NCBI GenBank assembly: GCA_029880105.1
Contig: JAOUPA010000002.1
Coordinates: 1 to 39,864 of the forward strand
Direction of reading: 5' to 3'
Source: Gammaproteobacteria bacterium
GTDB lineage: Bacteria > Pseudomonadota > Gammaproteobacteria > SZUA-229
Length of the DNA stretch: 39,864 nucleotides
In this document: positions 27,324 through 38,483 of the stretch, one piece after another
Layout: each line of letters starts with the position of its first letter
Position numbering within the stretch: position 1 is the stretch's first letter
Translations under genes and position numbers: made by a program
Notes under the pieces: model-generated
What the model saw: the letters and a program-made list of their open reading frames with translations, nothing else
The model's database searches: none
Told to the model about the DNA's origin: nothing

Positions 27324-28346
27324 ATGAGCAAAACTTTTGATGTTGCAGTTGTAGGTGCTACTGGTGCAGTAGGCGAGACCATGTTGTCCATTCTGGCTGA
27401 GCGTAAATTTCCTGTCGGTGAAGTTTATGCATTGGCCAGTAGTCGCTCTGCGGGTAAACGAGTTGAGTTCGGTGACAGGATGCTGGTCGTCCAGGATCTG
27501 GCCGAGTTCGATTTTTCCAAGGTACAGATTGGCCTGTTTTCTGCGGGCGCTTCTATTTCTGAAGAGTTTGCGCCAAAGGCTGCGGCAGCAGGTTGTGTGG
27601 TTATCGATAACACCTCGCAGTTCCGTTACGATGATGATATCCCACTGGTGGTGCCAGAGGTAAATCCACACGCGATAGCTGATTACAAAAATCGTGGCAT
27701 CATTGCCAATCCAAACTGCTCAACGATTCAGATGCTGGTAGCGTTGAAGCCAATTTATGATGACGTCGGCATCAAACGAATTAATGTGGCTACCTATCAG
27801 GCCGTGTCTGGTACCGGTAAAGAGGCAATTGAAGAGCTGGCCGGGCAGACTGCAAGTTTGCTGAATGCAAAACCGATTAAGTGTGAAGTCTATCCAAAAC
27901 AGATTGCGTTTAATGTATTACCACAAATTGATGTCTTTCTTGAAAACGGTTACACCAAGGAAGAAATGAAAATGGTCTGGGAGACGCGCAAAATTTTTGA
28001 AGATGAATCTATTATGGTGAACCCAACGGCTGTACGTGTCCCCGTATTCTTTGGTCACTCGGAAGCAGTGCATGTTGAAACAGGTGAAAAGATTTCGGTT
28101 GAACGAGTCCGAGAGCTGCTGTCATCTGCTGACGGCGTCTGCCTGATGGATGAGCGCAAAAATGGAGGTTACCCGACGGCTGTAACTGAGGGTGCCAATA
28201 ATGACCCTGTATATGTTGGGCGTATTCGTGAGGATATTTCCTGTGAGAAGGGCATCAATATGTGGGTAGTGGCAGATAATGTCAGAAAGGGCGCAGCATT
28301 AAATAGCGTACAAATTGCTGAAATTTTGATAAAAGCGTATTTATAA
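27324..28346 (+). CDS. asd: Aspartate-semialdehyde dehydrogenase
   Basis: FDVAVVGATGAVGETM...IIANPNCSTIQM (active-site Cys)...ATYQAVSGTGK...DNVRKGAALNSVQIAE. Confidence 0.95.
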   Translation: MSKTFDVAVVGATGAVGETMLSILAERKFPVGEVYALASSRSAGKRVEFGDRMLVVQDLAEFDFSKVQIGLFSAGASISEEFAPKAAAAGCVVIDNTSQFRYDDDIPLVVPEVNPHAIADYKNRGIIANPNCSTIQMLVALKPIYDDVGIKRINVATYQAVSGTGKEAIEELAGQTASLLNAKPIKCEVYPKQIAFNVLPQIDVFLENGYTKEEMKMVWETRKIFEDESIMVNPTAVRVPVFFGHSEAVHVETGEKISVERVRELLSSADGVCLMDERKNGGYPTAVTEGANNDPVYVGRIREDISCEKGINMWVVADNVRKGAALNSVQIAEILIKAYL

Positions 28347-28498
28347 CCTATAGTTAGACCAGCATACTTAATGCATCTTCTTAAGGTATGTGTTTAAGAT
28401 AACAAATATAAGGCCAATAAAAGGCTGTTATGCGGGAACTGATCAGGGACTTAAGTAGTTGGTTCCTGTATAAAAAGAACAAATAAAGGGGATATACA

Positions 28499-31435
28499 GT
28501 GCGTAAATTGATCTTTGCCTTAGCGCTTGGGGCGATATTACTTCCCAGCCAGGGTCTGACTCTTGGTCTGGGTGAGATTGAAGTAAATTCATCGCTAAAT
28601 CAACAGCTTGCGGCTCGAATTGATTTGCTTTCGGCGGTTCCAGAAGATGCCGAAACGCTGATTGTTAAACTGGCATCACGAGAGGAGTTCATTCGTGCTG
28701 GCCTTGATCGTCCCTTAATCGTCACGACGCTGAAATTCAAAACTCGGGTTGAGGGTGATCGTTTATTTATCGATATTACGACCCCTAAACCCGTTCGTGA
28801 GCCCTTTCTTAATTTCCTGATGGAAGTTGACTGGCCCAAAGGCCACCTGCTTCGTGAATACACTATTTTGCTTGATCCTCCTGTGTTTAATGGCAGAAGC
28901 GCCTATAACACTGCGGGTACCAGCCGCCCGGCTTTGGGTGCAACGACGAGTGCTGCACCAGTGGCAACGCATTCATATGCTAGTTCTGATAGTGGCTCAC
29001 CACGTACTTCTGCCCAGGCTACCGCTGCACCTGCTTTGGAAATGGCAGCACGAGCACCAGTACAACAGAGCCGCTATGCCCCAGGTGATGGCTATCGTAT
29101 TCAGGAAGGTGATACCGCCTGGAGTATCGCTAATCGTATAAAACCAGATTCAGTGTCTACTCAACAGATGCTGGTGGCCATGCTTAAGACTAACCCTGAA
29201 GCATTTATTAATGAAAATGTGAATGGCCTGAAACGCGGTTATATTTTGCGTACTCCCGATGCCGCTACTATTAATGCAATGAGTTATGAAGAAGCTAAAG
29301 CTCTGGTTCAGCAGCAGAATAGTCTGTGGCGTGAATACCAGCAGTCTATGGCCAGTGATCAGCCTGCTTCATCAGTGGATGGAGGTTACACAGAATCTGA
29401 ATATAGCTCTGCAGTGGATTTGGAAGATGACTCACGTTTATCTATCGTTAGCGCGGGAGGTGGGGTATCGGCATCGGGTGAATCGAAAGATCCTACCGAT
29501 ATGAGTTCTGAAGAACTACGTGAACAGCTGGCGCTGACCCGTGAGCGAGTTGAGACAGAACGTGTAGAAAAGGACAACCTGAAAAATCAGGTTGGCACGC
29601 TGAGCGAACAGGTCGACAAGATGAAAGGCCTGTTGACCATTGAAGATGATCAGCTTGCTGAAATTCAAGATGCAGGCAAGGAAGATACTGTAGCTGTTGA
29701 AGAAAATCTTGAGATACAGGTTGCATCCGAGGAGCCTGTAATTGACGCGGGTGATGAAGCAGCACTGGATGCCTTGGATTCACTGAAAGATGAGGCAGAA
29801 GTTGATTTAACAGCAGATGAGGAAACAAAATCAGCTGAAGCGGTAGAGCCGGTAGAAACAGCAGATGAGCTGTTTGTTGATGAGAATGCTGTACAGGCTG
29901 TTGAAGCTGATTCCATGAGCGAACAGGACTTGATGGCTGATGAGCAAATGGAAGCGGTTCAGCCAGTTGAGGAATCGGGTCTGGTTGATGTCTTGCTTAA
30001 TAATAGAATGATCCTGGCAGGCCTGCTGCTAGTTGTGCTGGTAATTGGCGCCATTGTTTACCTGATCAAACGTCGTCGAGCTGGATCCTCAGATGAATCT
30101 GAAGATGTATCTTTTGCGGCAGCGAATGAATATAACGATGAAGATGCCCTGGAAGATGTTGCCGACATGATCGATGACGAATCCGTCGATGATCTGGTCA
30201 GTGATGAAGAGGTTGAAGCATCTATGGCCGAGGCGGAGGCCGAAGAAGAAGAGTTTGACGCCGAAGCGACCATGATTTTGCCTTCGGGTACTGGCACTAT
30301 TATCAGCCCCGCTGCTGACCTGCAGCCTGAGGAAGAAGAGGAAAAGGATGATGTTCTTGCTGAAGCGGATGTTTATCTGGCTTATGGCATCTATCAGCAG
30401 GCTGAAGAGTTGCTACAGAATGCGATTCAGCAGAATCCTGATAAAGATTTATACCGTGTAAAACTGGCTGAAACTTATTTTGCGGGTAAGAATGCAGAGG
30501 CATTTGCCAAGCTGGGCGCTGAGACAAAAGAAAGGCTGGGTGATAAAGAATCGCCTGCCTGGAATAAAATTGTGGCCATGGGTAAGGAGCTTTGCCCTGA
30601 GGCAGAAGTGTTCAAGCAGGCCGGAACGGTGGCTGAGGTGGATCTCGATGATATGCTGCCCAAGTCACCCGAGCCGATGGATTTTGATCTGGGTGTTGAG
30701 GCCGGTGGTGACGATAGTCTCGATCTCGATTTTGATGCACCACTTGAAGAGACAGCTACAGCTGATGAGTTTGAGCTGCCATCAATGGATGATGATTTTG
30801 CTGGTGGCATGGAAGAGACCGCGATTATTTCACCAGATGCTGCGCCATCTGAATCACTCGATGAGCTTGAATTTGACCTGAGCGAGACTGATGCAGTTAA
30901 AGAACCAGCCGCTGATGAAGAAGAATTCTCGCTGGATATCGAGGCCTCAGAGCTAGATCTGGATGCAGGTGAGCCTGCAACTGCGAGTGCTGACGATGCA
31001 GGACTGGATATGGATTTTGATATGTCCATGGATACCGGGTCTGAAGAAGCCTCGCTGGATATGGACATGGATATTAATATGTCAGGTGAAGATGAAATTG
31101 ATCTTTCTGCTGAAATGTCAGGTGGTGAATCTCTGGAAGATTTAACGGCTGACCTTGATATGTCGATGGATGACACTGAGTATTCAGATACCGATGATTT
31201 TAGTATGGATCTTGATGATGCCGATCTCGACCTGTCGATGGATACAGATCTTGAAGATATGGATCTTTCCGGTTCACTTGATGAAGATGAAATTGGTACC
31301 AAGCTTGACCTGGCCCGGGCTTATCTGGATATGGGTGATAATGAAGGTGCCCGCGATATTCTTGACGAAGTACTGGCTGATGGTAATGATGCTCAAAAGA
31401 AAGAAGCTGAGGAGTTAATGTCACAGCTGGGTTAG
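28499..31435 (+). CDS. fimV: FimV/HubP-family type IV pilus assembly/polar landmark protein: signal peptide, LysM, one TM helix, very acidic cytoplasmic region, C-terminal FimV TPR-like motif
   Basis: GTG start preceded by AAAGGGGA. N-terminal LGLGEIEVNSSLNQQL motif. LysM-like YRIQEGDTAWSIANRI. TM helix ILAGLLLVVLVIGAIVYLI. C-terminal TKLDLARAYLDMGDNEGARDILDEVL. Position between asd and truA matches Pseudomonas. Confidence 0.9.
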   Translation: MRKLIFALALGAILLPSQGLTLGLGEIEVNSSLNQQLAARIDLLSAVPEDAETLIVKLASREEFIRAGLDRPLIVTTLKFKTRVEGDRLFIDITTPKPVREPFLNFLMEVDWPKGHLLREYTILLDPPVFNGRSAYNTAGTSRPALGATTSAAPVATHSYASSDSGSPRTSAQATAAPALEMAARAPVQQSRYAPGDGYRIQEGDTAWSIANRIKPDSVSTQQMLVAMLKTNPEAFINENVNGLKRGYILRTPDAATINAMSYEEAKALVQQQNSLWREYQQSMASDQPASSVDGGYTESEYSSAVDLEDDSRLSIVSAGGGVSASGESKDPTDMSSEELREQLALTRERVETERVEKDNLKNQVGTLSEQVDKMKGLLTIEDDQLAEIQDAGKEDTVAVEENLEIQVASEEPVIDAGDEAALDALDSLKDEAEVDLTADEETKSAEAVEPVETADELFVDENAVQAVEADSMSEQDLMADEQMEAVQPVEESGLVDVLLNNRMILAGLLLVVLVIGAIVYLIKRRRAGSSDESEDVSFAAANEYNDEDALEDVADMIDDESVDDLVSDEEVEASMAEAEAEEEEFDAEATMILPSGTGTIISPAADLQPEEEEEKDDVLAEADVYLAYGIYQQAEELLQNAIQQNPDKDLYRVKLAETYFAGKNAEAFAKLGAETKERLGDKESPAWNKIVAMGKELCPEAEVFKQAGTVAEVDLDDMLPKSPEPMDFDLGVEAGGDDSLDLDFDAPLEETATADEFELPSMDDDFAGGMEETAIISPDAAPSESLDELEFDLSETDAVKEPAADEEEFSLDIEASELDLDAGEPATASADDAGLDMDFDMSMDTGSEEASLDMDMDINMSGEDEIDLSAEMSGGESLEDLTADLDMSMDDTEYSDTDDFSMDLDDADLDLSMDTDLEDMDLSGSLDEDEIGTKLDLARAYLDMGDNEGARDILDEVLADGNDAQKKEAEELMSQLG
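30640..31290 (+). repeat. Low-complexity acidic (D/E/M/S/L) degenerate repeat region inside fimV
   Basis: Reiterated LDxDFD / MDxDMD / DLDLSMD units, for example LDMDFDMSMDTGSEEASLDMDMDINMS...DLDMSMDD...MDLDDADLDLSMDTDLEDMDLS. This region also produces a long Ser-rich shadow ORF on the opposite strand. Confidence 0.7.
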
Positions 31436-31500
31436 TCAGGTGTAGTAAACAGGCTGGCCAGGGCTTCAATAAAAACGAGAATATCGTTTAAAATAGCAGA

Positions 31501-31530
31501 ACGGCATCTATCCTGGATGCCGTTTTTATT
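31501..31530 (+). terminator. Rho-independent terminator downstream of fimV
   Basis: acggcatc-tatcctg-gatgccgt is a perfect 8-bp stem with a 7-nt loop, followed by TTTTATTT. Confidence 0.8.
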
Positions 31531-31541
31531 TGCAGGTTTCA

Positions 31542-32333
31542 ATGACTACATCACGTATTGCACTGGGCGTTGAATATAACGGCAGCCGTTTTAACGGCTG
31601 GCAGATGCAGTTGCAGGATGCACGCACGGTTCAGGATCAGGTGCAAAAAGCCCTGAGCAAAGTTGCCGACCATCCTGTGAGTGTGGTCTGTGCGGGTAGA
31701 ACCGATACTGGTGTGCATGCCACGGCACAGGTGGTGCACTTTGATACCACGGCTGAGCGTAAGCTCAAGGCCTGGGTTATGGGCAGCAATGTGCATCTAC
31801 CAGAGGATGTCAGTATTCTCTGGGCCAAGCCGGTCGATAATGACTTCAGTGCACGTTTTAGTGCAACGAAACGCAGTTATCGTTATGTCATCCTGAACCG
31901 CTCGGCGAGAACTGCCATTCACGGCAAGCAGGTGACCTGGGTACATGATGCGTTAGACGTTGAAGCGATGCACGCCGCAGCGCAGGCCCTAGTGGGTGAG
32001 CATGATTTTTCTTCGTTTCGCTCATCGATCTGCCAGGCCAAGCACGCACGCAGAATGATGCATTCAATTAATGTATCCCGTGAAGGCGAATATATTTATC
32101 TCGATCTCTGTGCCAATGCCTTTTTGCATCACATGGTGAGAAATATAGTCGGTTCGCTGTTGATGATTGGTCGGGGTGAACAGCCAGTAACCTGGATGGC
32201 GGATTTGCTGGCGCTGAAAGATCGCAGCAAAGCTGGCCCGACTGCGGCAGCCTACGGATTATATCTGGTTGCTGTAGAATACCCGCAGCAATACGATTTA
32301 CCATCGGCAGGTATTCTGCCTCGATTTGCATAG
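31542..32333 (+). CDS. truA: tRNA pseudouridine(38-40) synthase
   Basis: RIALGVEYNGSRFNGWQMQ...VVCAGRTDTGVHATAQVVHFD (catalytic Asp)...FLHHMVRNIVGSL. ATG 31542 is preferred over TTG 31530, which lies inside the terminator T-tract. Confidence 0.93.
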   Translation: MTTSRIALGVEYNGSRFNGWQMQLQDARTVQDQVQKALSKVADHPVSVVCAGRTDTGVHATAQVVHFDTTAERKLKAWVMGSNVHLPEDVSILWAKPVDNDFSARFSATKRSYRYVILNRSARTAIHGKQVTWVHDALDVEAMHAAAQALVGEHDFSSFRSSICQAKHARRMMHSINVSREGEYIYLDLCANAFLHHMVRNIVGSLLMIGRGEQPVTWMADLLALKDRSKAGPTAAAYGLYLVAVEYPQQYDLPSAGILPRFA

Positions 32334-32346
32334 TAACAGGGTATTT

Positions 32347-32982
32347 ATGTCTCATACGCGTGTTAAAATTTGCGGCATTACGAGAGTTGAGGATGCCTTA
32401 CACGCCGCCGCTGAAGGCGTGGATGCGATTGGGCTGGTTTTTTATAGTAAAAGCCCGCGTTTTGTCTCAGCCGCTCAGGCTGCTGAAATCTGCAAAAAAA
32501 CGCCTGCGTTTGTTACCACGGTGGCACTATTTAAAGATGCCGATGCAAAAGAAGTTCGCCAGGTGCTGGCCGAAGTTCCTGTAGATTTGTTGCAGTTTCA
32601 CGGCAGTGAGAGAGGTGAGTTCTGCCGCCAGTTTGGTCGGCCCTATATCAAGGCGTTGGGCATGGCGGGCGAATTAACGGTACCAAAGCAGGTGGCAGAA
32701 TATCAGGATGTACGGGGACTACTGCTTGATGGCCATGCACCCGGTGCTGCGGGTGGCATGGGGCAAAGCTTTGAATGGAGTGTAATTCCAGACGATCTGG
32801 ATTACCCGTTGATTCTGGCCGGTGGTCTTGATGTGGATAATGTGCTTGCTGCGATTCGAACTGTGCGTCCATATGCTGTTGATGTCAGCAGTGGTGTGGA
32901 AAGTGCAAAAGGCATCAAGGATGCAGCATTAGTGACGGCATTTATGAAAAAAGTAAGACAGGCTGATAATGAGCAAAGTTAA
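32347..32982 (+). CDS. trpF: N-(5'-phosphoribosyl)anthranilate isomerase
   Basis: [38 protein letters not shown]...LLQFHG...LLD......GG.G..F.W...LILAGGL...VDVSSGVE. Confidence 0.9.
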   Translation: MSHTRVKICGITRVEDALHAAAEGVDAIGLVFYSKSPRFVSAAQAAEICKKTPAFVTTVALFKDADAKEVRQVLAEVPVDLLQFHGSERGEFCRQFGRPYIKALGMAGELTVPKQVAEYQDVRGLLLDGHAPGAAGGMGQSFEWSVIPDDLDYPLILAGGLDVDNVLAAIRTVRPYAVDVSSGVESAKGIKDAALVTAFMKKVRQADNEQS

Positions 32983-34189
32983 AGACAAGATTGATTATTC
33001 GAGTATGCCCGATGAGCGCGGCCACTTCGGCGTGTACGGTGGCATATTTGCCTCTGAAACACTAATGCAGGCGCTGGATGAATTAAAAGATGCCTACCAG
33101 AAATCGATCAACGATAAAGCCTTTCAGGCGCAGTTTGATGCCGACCTGGCCCATTACGTTGGTCGTCCCAGTCCTTTGTATCATGCGGAGCGTTTAAGCA
33201 GGGAAATCGGTGGTGCGCAGATATATCTCAAGCGTGAAGACTTAAATCACACCGGTGCTCACAAGGTAAATAACACCATTGGTCAGGCCCTGTTGGCAAG
33301 AGCCATGGGTAAGAAACGCGTGATTGCTGAAACCGGTGCCGGTCAGCACGGTGTCGCCACCGCGACTGTGGCGGCACGCTTTGGCATGGAATGCGTGGTT
33401 TATATGGGTCAGGAAGATATCGTCCGTCAGGCGCCAAATGTCTATCGTATGAAGCTGCTCGGTGCCAAGGTGGTGCCTGTGACCTCCGGTTCAAAGACAC
33501 TGAAGGATGCTTTAAACGAAGCCATGCGTGACTGGGTGACCAATGTTGATGATACCTTTTACATTATCGGTACAGTTGCCGGGCCACACCCGTATCCGGC
33601 GATGGTGCGTGATTTTCAGGCCATTATTGGTCGTGAGGCGCGCCGTCAGATTCAGGATCAAACTGGCCGTCTGCCTGATGCACTGGTTGCCTGTATCGGC
33701 GGTGGTTCTAATGCGATTGGTCTATTCCACCCTTTTCTTGCTGATGAATCAGTGGAGATGTACGGTGTTGAGGCTGCCGGTGAAGGTCTGGAGACAGGTC
33801 GTCATGCTGCACCCCTATGTGCAGGCAAGCCTGGCGTGTTGCACGGTAACCGTACTTACCTGATGGAAGATAAGGATGGCCAGATTATTGAAACCCATTC
33901 GGTCTCAGCTGGTCTGGATTATCCCGGTGTTGGTCCCGAGCACGCCTGGCTGAAAGATATTGGTCGCGTCAATTACGTGGCGGCGACCGATGATGAGGCA
34001 CTGGCAGCCTTTCATCAACTGACGCGTGTCGAAGGTATTATTCCTGCACTGGAGTCCAGCCATGCTATTGCCTATGGCGTGAAGCAGGCAGCGAAGATGT
34101 CACCTGAGCAGAGCATCATTATCAATCTATCAGGTCGAGGTGATAAGGATATAAACACCATCGCCAAAATCGAAGGTATTCAGCTATGA
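32969..34189 (+). CDS. trpB: Tryptophan synthase beta chain
   Basis: [16 protein letters not shown]...[17 protein letters not shown] (PLP Lys)...[12 protein letters not shown]...GGGSNAIG. Overlaps the trpF 3' end by 14 nt. Confidence 0.97.
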   Translation: MSKVKDKIDYSSMPDERGHFGVYGGIFASETLMQALDELKDAYQKSINDKAFQAQFDADLAHYVGRPSPLYHAERLSREIGGAQIYLKREDLNHTGAHKVNNTIGQALLARAMGKKRVIAETGAGQHGVATATVAARFGMECVVYMGQEDIVRQAPNVYRMKLLGAKVVPVTSGSKTLKDALNEAMRDWVTNVDDTFYIIGTVAGPHPYPAMVRDFQAIIGREARRQIQDQTGRLPDALVACIGGGSNAIGLFHPFLADESVEMYGVEAAGEGLETGRHAAPLCAGKPGVLHGNRTYLMEDKDGQIIETHSVSAGLDYPGVGPEHAWLKDIGRVNYVAATDDEALAAFHQLTRVEGIIPALESSHAIAYGVKQAAKMSPEQSIIINLSGRGDKDINTIAKIEGIQL

Positions 34190-35004
34190 GTCGTTTACAG
34201 GCCTGTTTTCAACGCCTGGCTGGGGAATCTCGCAAGGCATTGATTCCTTACGTGATGACGGGAGACCCGCAGCCAGGGGTAACACTGCCGCTGATGCACG
34301 CCATGGTTGAGGCGGGTGCCAATATAATCGAACTGGGTGCGCCTTTCTCCGACCCGATGGCGGATGGCCCGGTGATTCAGGCCGCCGCCGAGCGTTCCCT
34401 GAAGCACCATACCAGCCTGCACGATGTATTTAATGTTGCCAGAAGCTTCCGTGAAAAAGACAACCAGACACCTATCGTGCTGATGGGCTACCTGAATCCG
34501 GTTGAGATCATGGGTTATGAATCTTTCGCCAGACAGGCATCGGAAAGTGGTATCGATGGAGTTATCACGGTGGATATGCCACCAGAAGAGGCCGAAGATT
34601 ATATTGCTGCATTAAGGCAGTACCAGATTGACCCCATATTCCTGATCGCACCAACGACAACTGAAGAGCGTATGCAGAAGATCGCTGCGGTCGCCAGTGG
34701 TTTTGTCTATTATGTCTCGCTCAAAGGTGTGACCGGTGCCGCCACGCTGGATGTAGCCGGGGTGGTTGAGCGCGTCAGCCTGATTCGCAAGCATATTAGC
34801 CTGCCCATAGGGGTTGGTTTTGGTATCAATAATGCGCAAGCTGCGGCAAGTGTATCCAGTTGTGCCGATGCAGTCGTAGTAGGGTCTGCGATTGTAAACA
34901 GAATGGCGGCACAAAAAGACCAAAAAGTTGAGCAAACAGCTACAATTGTGAGAGATGTAACAGAACTGTTAAAATCCATGCGTGATGCTATGGATGCGAA
35001 ATAA
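34186..35004 (+). CDS. trpA: Tryptophan synthase alpha chain
   Basis: [11 protein letters not shown]...[18 protein letters not shown]...[10 protein letters not shown]...GFGI...[12 protein letters not shown] start/stop overlap with trpB. Confidence 0.96.
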   Translation: MSRLQACFQRLAGESRKALIPYVMTGDPQPGVTLPLMHAMVEAGANIIELGAPFSDPMADGPVIQAAAERSLKHHTSLHDVFNVARSFREKDNQTPIVLMGYLNPVEIMGYESFARQASESGIDGVITVDMPPEEAEDYIAALRQYQIDPIFLIAPTTTEERMQKIAAVASGFVYYVSLKGVTGAATLDVAGVVERVSLIRKHISLPIGVGFGINNAQAAASVSSCADAVVVGSAIVNRMAAQKDQKVEQTATIVRDVTELLKSMRDAMDAK

Positions 35005-35083
35005 CTCAGCAAGTACAATAACCGATTGGTCAGTAATGACCTGAACCCCGTGGTTACCAGAGACCCGATAAGAGGACGAAGAC

Positions 35084-35947
35084 ATGAGCTGGTTTGAAAA
35101 ATTGATGCCAACACGAATTCGTACAGATGTGACGACCAAGGGAACTGTGCCCGAAGGTCTGTGGACCAAGTGTACTTCGTGTAGCGCCGTGCTTTATCGT
35201 GCTGAACTGGAACGCAATCAGGATGTCTGTCCGAAATGTAATCACCACATGCGTGTCTTTGGTCGTCGTCGACTTGAGCTGTTTCTGGACGAAGATCATC
35301 GTGAAGAAATCGCTGGTAACCTGATGCCAGTTGATAAATATAAATTCAAGGACTCCAAAAAATATAAAGACCGTCTTCTGGTCGCACAGAAAAACACCGG
35401 TGAGAAAGATGCGCTGATTACCATCAAGGGCAAAGTGAAGGGTGTAGATGTGGTTACGGCGGCGTTTGATTTTCGTTTTATGGGAGGTTCCATGGGCTCT
35501 GTGGTGGGTGAGAAATTCCTACGGGCAGCCACTGTCGCACTGGAACAGAAAATTCCATTGATCTGTTTTTCTGCCTCCGGTGGTGCGCGTATGCAGGAAG
35601 CGCTGAACTCATTGATGCAGATGTCCAAGACCAGTGCCGTACTGGCTAAACTGGCCAAAAATCGTGTACCTTATATTTCGGTGCTTACCGATCCTACCAT
35701 GGGTGGTGTTTCGGCCAGCTTTGCCATGCTGGGTGATGTGCACATCGCTGAGCCTAATGCACTGATTGGTTTTGCTGGCCCGCGTGTTATCGAGCAGACT
35801 GTACGTGAGCAGTTGCCCGAAGGTTTCCAGCGTAGTGAGTTCCTGCTGGAGCACGGTGCGATCGATATGATTGTGGATCGCCGAGATTTGCGTGATCGTA
35901 TTTCAAGCATGTGCCTGATGCTGTCTAATCGACCCGCGCTTCGCTAG
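35084..35947 (+). CDS. accD: Acetyl-CoA carboxylase carboxyltransferase beta subunit
   Basis: MSWFEKLMP...[31 protein letters not shown] (Zn finger)...[13 protein letters not shown]...SGGARMQE. Confidence 0.96.
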   Translation: MSWFEKLMPTRIRTDVTTKGTVPEGLWTKCTSCSAVLYRAELERNQDVCPKCNHHMRVFGRRRLELFLDEDHREEIAGNLMPVDKYKFKDSKKYKDRLLVAQKNTGEKDALITIKGKVKGVDVVTAAFDFRFMGGSMGSVVGEKFLRAATVALEQKIPLICFSASGGARMQEALNSLMQMSKTSAVLAKLAKNRVPYISVLTDPTMGGVSASFAMLGDVHIAEPNALIGFAGPRVIEQTVREQLPEGFQRSEFLLEHGAIDMIVDRRDLRDRISSMCLMLSNRPALR

Positions 35948-36051
35948 GCTGATTTAAATCCAGTTGGTTCTTATATGGCGGTGAGTGTTTTTAAAATGCT
36001 CATCACGCGGTTGTAATATATTTCCTGTCATGTTGTTCGCGGTGAAATACG

Positions 36052-37338
36052 TTGGCGAAATTTAATTCCTTGAATGCCTGGCTGGACTGGCAGGCAACAC
36101 TCAATCCCTCTGAAATTGACCTTGGCCTGGAACGCGTTGCTGATGTGCTTGCACGCATGGGGCTCCCTGACCAGTTTGACTGTCCTCTGATTATTGTCGC
36201 CGGGACTAATGGCAAGGGTTCGGTAGTTAGCCTGCTGGAGGCAATAGCGAGGGCGGCGGGATTAAAGGTATGCTGCTATACCTCACCGCATATTCTTAGT
36301 TATAACGAACGCATACGAATCGATGGCGAGATGATCGATGATCAGGGCCTGTGCCGATCATTTGAGCGTATTGATCAGGCGCGTGGTGATGTCGCGCTAA
36401 CTTATTTTGAATTTGGCACACTGGCGGCGATCGATCTGTTCAGGCGCGCTGAACCTGATCTGGTGATTATGGAAATTGGTCTGGGAGGTCGGCTGGATGC
36501 GGTCAATGTGATGCAGCCGGATGTCTCGGTGATTACCTCGGTGGCGATTGATCATACTGACTGGCTGGGTGATAACCGTGAAGCCATCGCTCGCGAAAAA
36601 GCCGGCGTCATGCGACCCCATAAACCGACGATTTATGGTGAGCAGGATGTGCCGGCCTCGTTACTGGCAGTGGCAGAGCAGAAATCCGCCGAGCTCTACC
36701 TGTTTGGACAGCGCTACAATATAGAAGAATTACCGTCGTCAGGTGAGTGGTCTTTGCATAGTCCATTTGGTGATATTGAGAGCCTGCCAGTACCCGCGCT
36801 TAAGGGTGAGTTCCAGAAGACCAATGCGGCCACGGCCATTATGGCATTGCAGGCACTGGCCGACAGGGTGAATATAGCTTACGCACATATCCGTGCCGGA
36901 TTGGAGCGTGTTTACCTGCCGGGACGTTATGAACAGTTGCATGATCAGCCAAGGGTCATTACCGATGTGGCGCATAATCCGCATGCTGTCGCCTCGTTGG
37001 TGACGCAATTGCAGGCAGAGCCGGTCGAGGGTGAAACTAGAATAGTCATCGCCATGCTCGCGGATAAACCCGTCGAAGAGGTGATAACCCTGTTGTTGCC
37101 GCTGGCCGATAGCTGGTACTGCGCCGGCCTGGAGTCAGAATCCCGGGGTTTGGCCATGCAGGGGATCTCGGAGAAAATTGCACGGCTTGCTCAGGTTGCT
37201 GCGGGTGTTAAACTCTGCGCTAAACCAACAGTGAAGGCCGCCATAGAAGCGGCGATGGGCGACGCAAAGGTGCAGGACAGGATTGTAATTATGGGTTCAT
37301 TTCATACAGTTTCAGCGGCGAAACAGTATTTTTCCTGA
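36052..37338 (+). CDS. folC: Bifunctional folylpolyglutamate synthase / dihydrofolate synthase
   Basis: IDLGLERV...IIVAGTNGKGS (P-loop)...HTDWLG. TTG 36052 is the first start codon after the in-frame TGA at 36043-36045, so a non-ATG start is inferred. Confidence 0.9.
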   Translation: MAKFNSLNAWLDWQATLNPSEIDLGLERVADVLARMGLPDQFDCPLIIVAGTNGKGSVVSLLEAIARAAGLKVCCYTSPHILSYNERIRIDGEMIDDQGLCRSFERIDQARGDVALTYFEFGTLAAIDLFRRAEPDLVIMEIGLGGRLDAVNVMQPDVSVITSVAIDHTDWLGDNREAIAREKAGVMRPHKPTIYGEQDVPASLLAVAEQKSAELYLFGQRYNIEELPSSGEWSLHSPFGDIESLPVPALKGEFQKTNAATAIMALQALADRVNIAYAHIRAGLERVYLPGRYEQLHDQPRVITDVAHNPHAVASLVTQLQAEPVEGETRIVIAMLADKPVEEVITLLLPLADSWYCAGLESESRGLAMQGISEKIARLAQVAAGVKLCAKPTVKAAIEAAMGDAKVQDRIVIMGSFHTVSAAKQYFS

Positions 37339-37382
37339 ATTGGCGCCCCTATTAGTTTTTAAATAACGACAACGACAGAATC

Positions 37383-37880
37383 ATGCTCGAAAATATGGAA
37401 AAACCACTTCAACAACGAATCGTCGGTGCGATAGTCCTGGTTGCACTGGGTGTGATCCTGATTCCGGCACTGCTTGATGGCTCCGGTTATAAATCAAGAC
37501 ATGAGCGCAGTATTGAGATTCCTGAAAAACCGGTTCTACCAACACTGGAAGAGGTCAAGGTAGAGCCTGTGGCGCTGGCTACGCCCGTTGATACCAGGAG
37601 AGAGCAGGTCGAGGAAAAGAAAAAGATAATTCCACAGGCACCGATCCAGTCATGGGCGTTGCAGGTAGGCACTTTTAGCCAGGAAGAGAACGCGCTGGCA
37701 TTTCGAGATACCCTGCGCAAGGAAGGTTATGCCAGCTATGTTGATACAGAAAGTTCGGACGGCAAGAAAAGCTACCGCGTTCGCATCGGGCCCGAGCTGG
37801 AAAAAGACCGTCTGGAAAAACTCAGGACGAAATTCAAGTCTGAGAAAAACATCAATGGCTTTATCGTCAATCACCCTTAG
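37383..37880 (+). CDS. SPOR-domain cell-division protein (DedD-like)
   Basis: N-terminal TM helix (IVGAIVLVALGVILIPALL), a linker, then a C-terminal SPOR-like WALQVGTFSQEENALAFRDTLRKEGYASYV...YRVRIGP. Sits in the folC-dedD-cvpA-purF position. Confidence 0.8.
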   Translation: MLENMEKPLQQRIVGAIVLVALGVILIPALLDGSGYKSRHERSIEIPEKPVLPTLEEVKVEPVALATPVDTRREQVEEKKKIIPQAPIQSWALQVGTFSQEENALAFRDTLRKEGYASYVDTESSDGKKSYRVRIGPELEKDRLEKLRTKFKSEKNINGFIVNHP

Positions 37881-37975
37881 CGTGCCATTTCTATAGGCGC
37901 GAATTTGGGAGTGTATTCAGGCGAATCAAGTGCGTATAATGCAAATCTTTCTGCAGCCATGAGACTCAATACTCT

Positions 37976-38482
37976 ATGACAGTCGTTGACGTGATCATCC
38001 TCTTTGTGATCTTTCTGTCCGCCCTGTTCAGTTTGATACGCGGTTTTGTCAAAGAGGCCATTTCGCTGACCACCTGGGTTATGGCGACCTGGATATCGGC
38101 GACCTTCGCCGCCAGAATGGCCGCATTAATGACCGGCCTGATTGATTCCGGTGCGGTACGTCTCGCAGCTGGCTTTGCCTTGCTATTTATAATGACCCTG
38201 ATGTTTGGTGCGCTGGTCAATTTTATCGTTGCACAGTTCGTGAAAAAGACCGGCCTGTCTGGTGCAGACCGCGTGCTCGGCGTTGCCTTTGGTTTTTTAC
38301 GTGGCCTGGTCATTGTTGTCGTTTTCGTTGTCATCGGTAGTATGACGCCACTGCCACAGCAGTCATGGTGGCAATCATCGAATTTACTGGGACGCTTTGA
38401 ACAGATTGCCCTGATGTTGAAACCTTATTTTCCGGAAAGTATCCTGTCTTCCAGAGTGCCTGCCGGAGGGATTGCAAAATAG
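37976..38482 (+). CDS. cvpA: Colicin V production membrane protein CvpA
   Basis: [31 protein letters not shown]... with 4 TM helices and ADRVLG(V/A)xFG(F/L)LRG. Confidence 0.9.
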   Translation: MTVVDVIILFVIFLSALFSLIRGFVKEAISLTTWVMATWISATFAARMAALMTGLIDSGAVRLAAGFALLFIMTLMFGALVNFIVAQFVKKTGLSGADRVLGVAFGFLRGLVIVVVFVVIGSMTPLPQQSWWQSSNLLGRFEQIALMLKPYFPESILSSRVPAGGIAK

Positions 38483-38483
38483 T

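Noticed and set aside
27288-27671. 127-aa minus-strand ORF spanning the leuB/asd junction
   Set aside because: It is antisense to the well-supported asd 5' region, has no motifs, and has biased composition typical of shadow ORFs.
30475-31302. 275-aa Ser-rich ORF on the minus strand inside fimV
   Set aside because: It is a shadow of the GAx-rich acidic repeat region (antisense xTC codons give Ser). The sequence is low complexity with no motifs, and it lies fully inside a well-supported gene.
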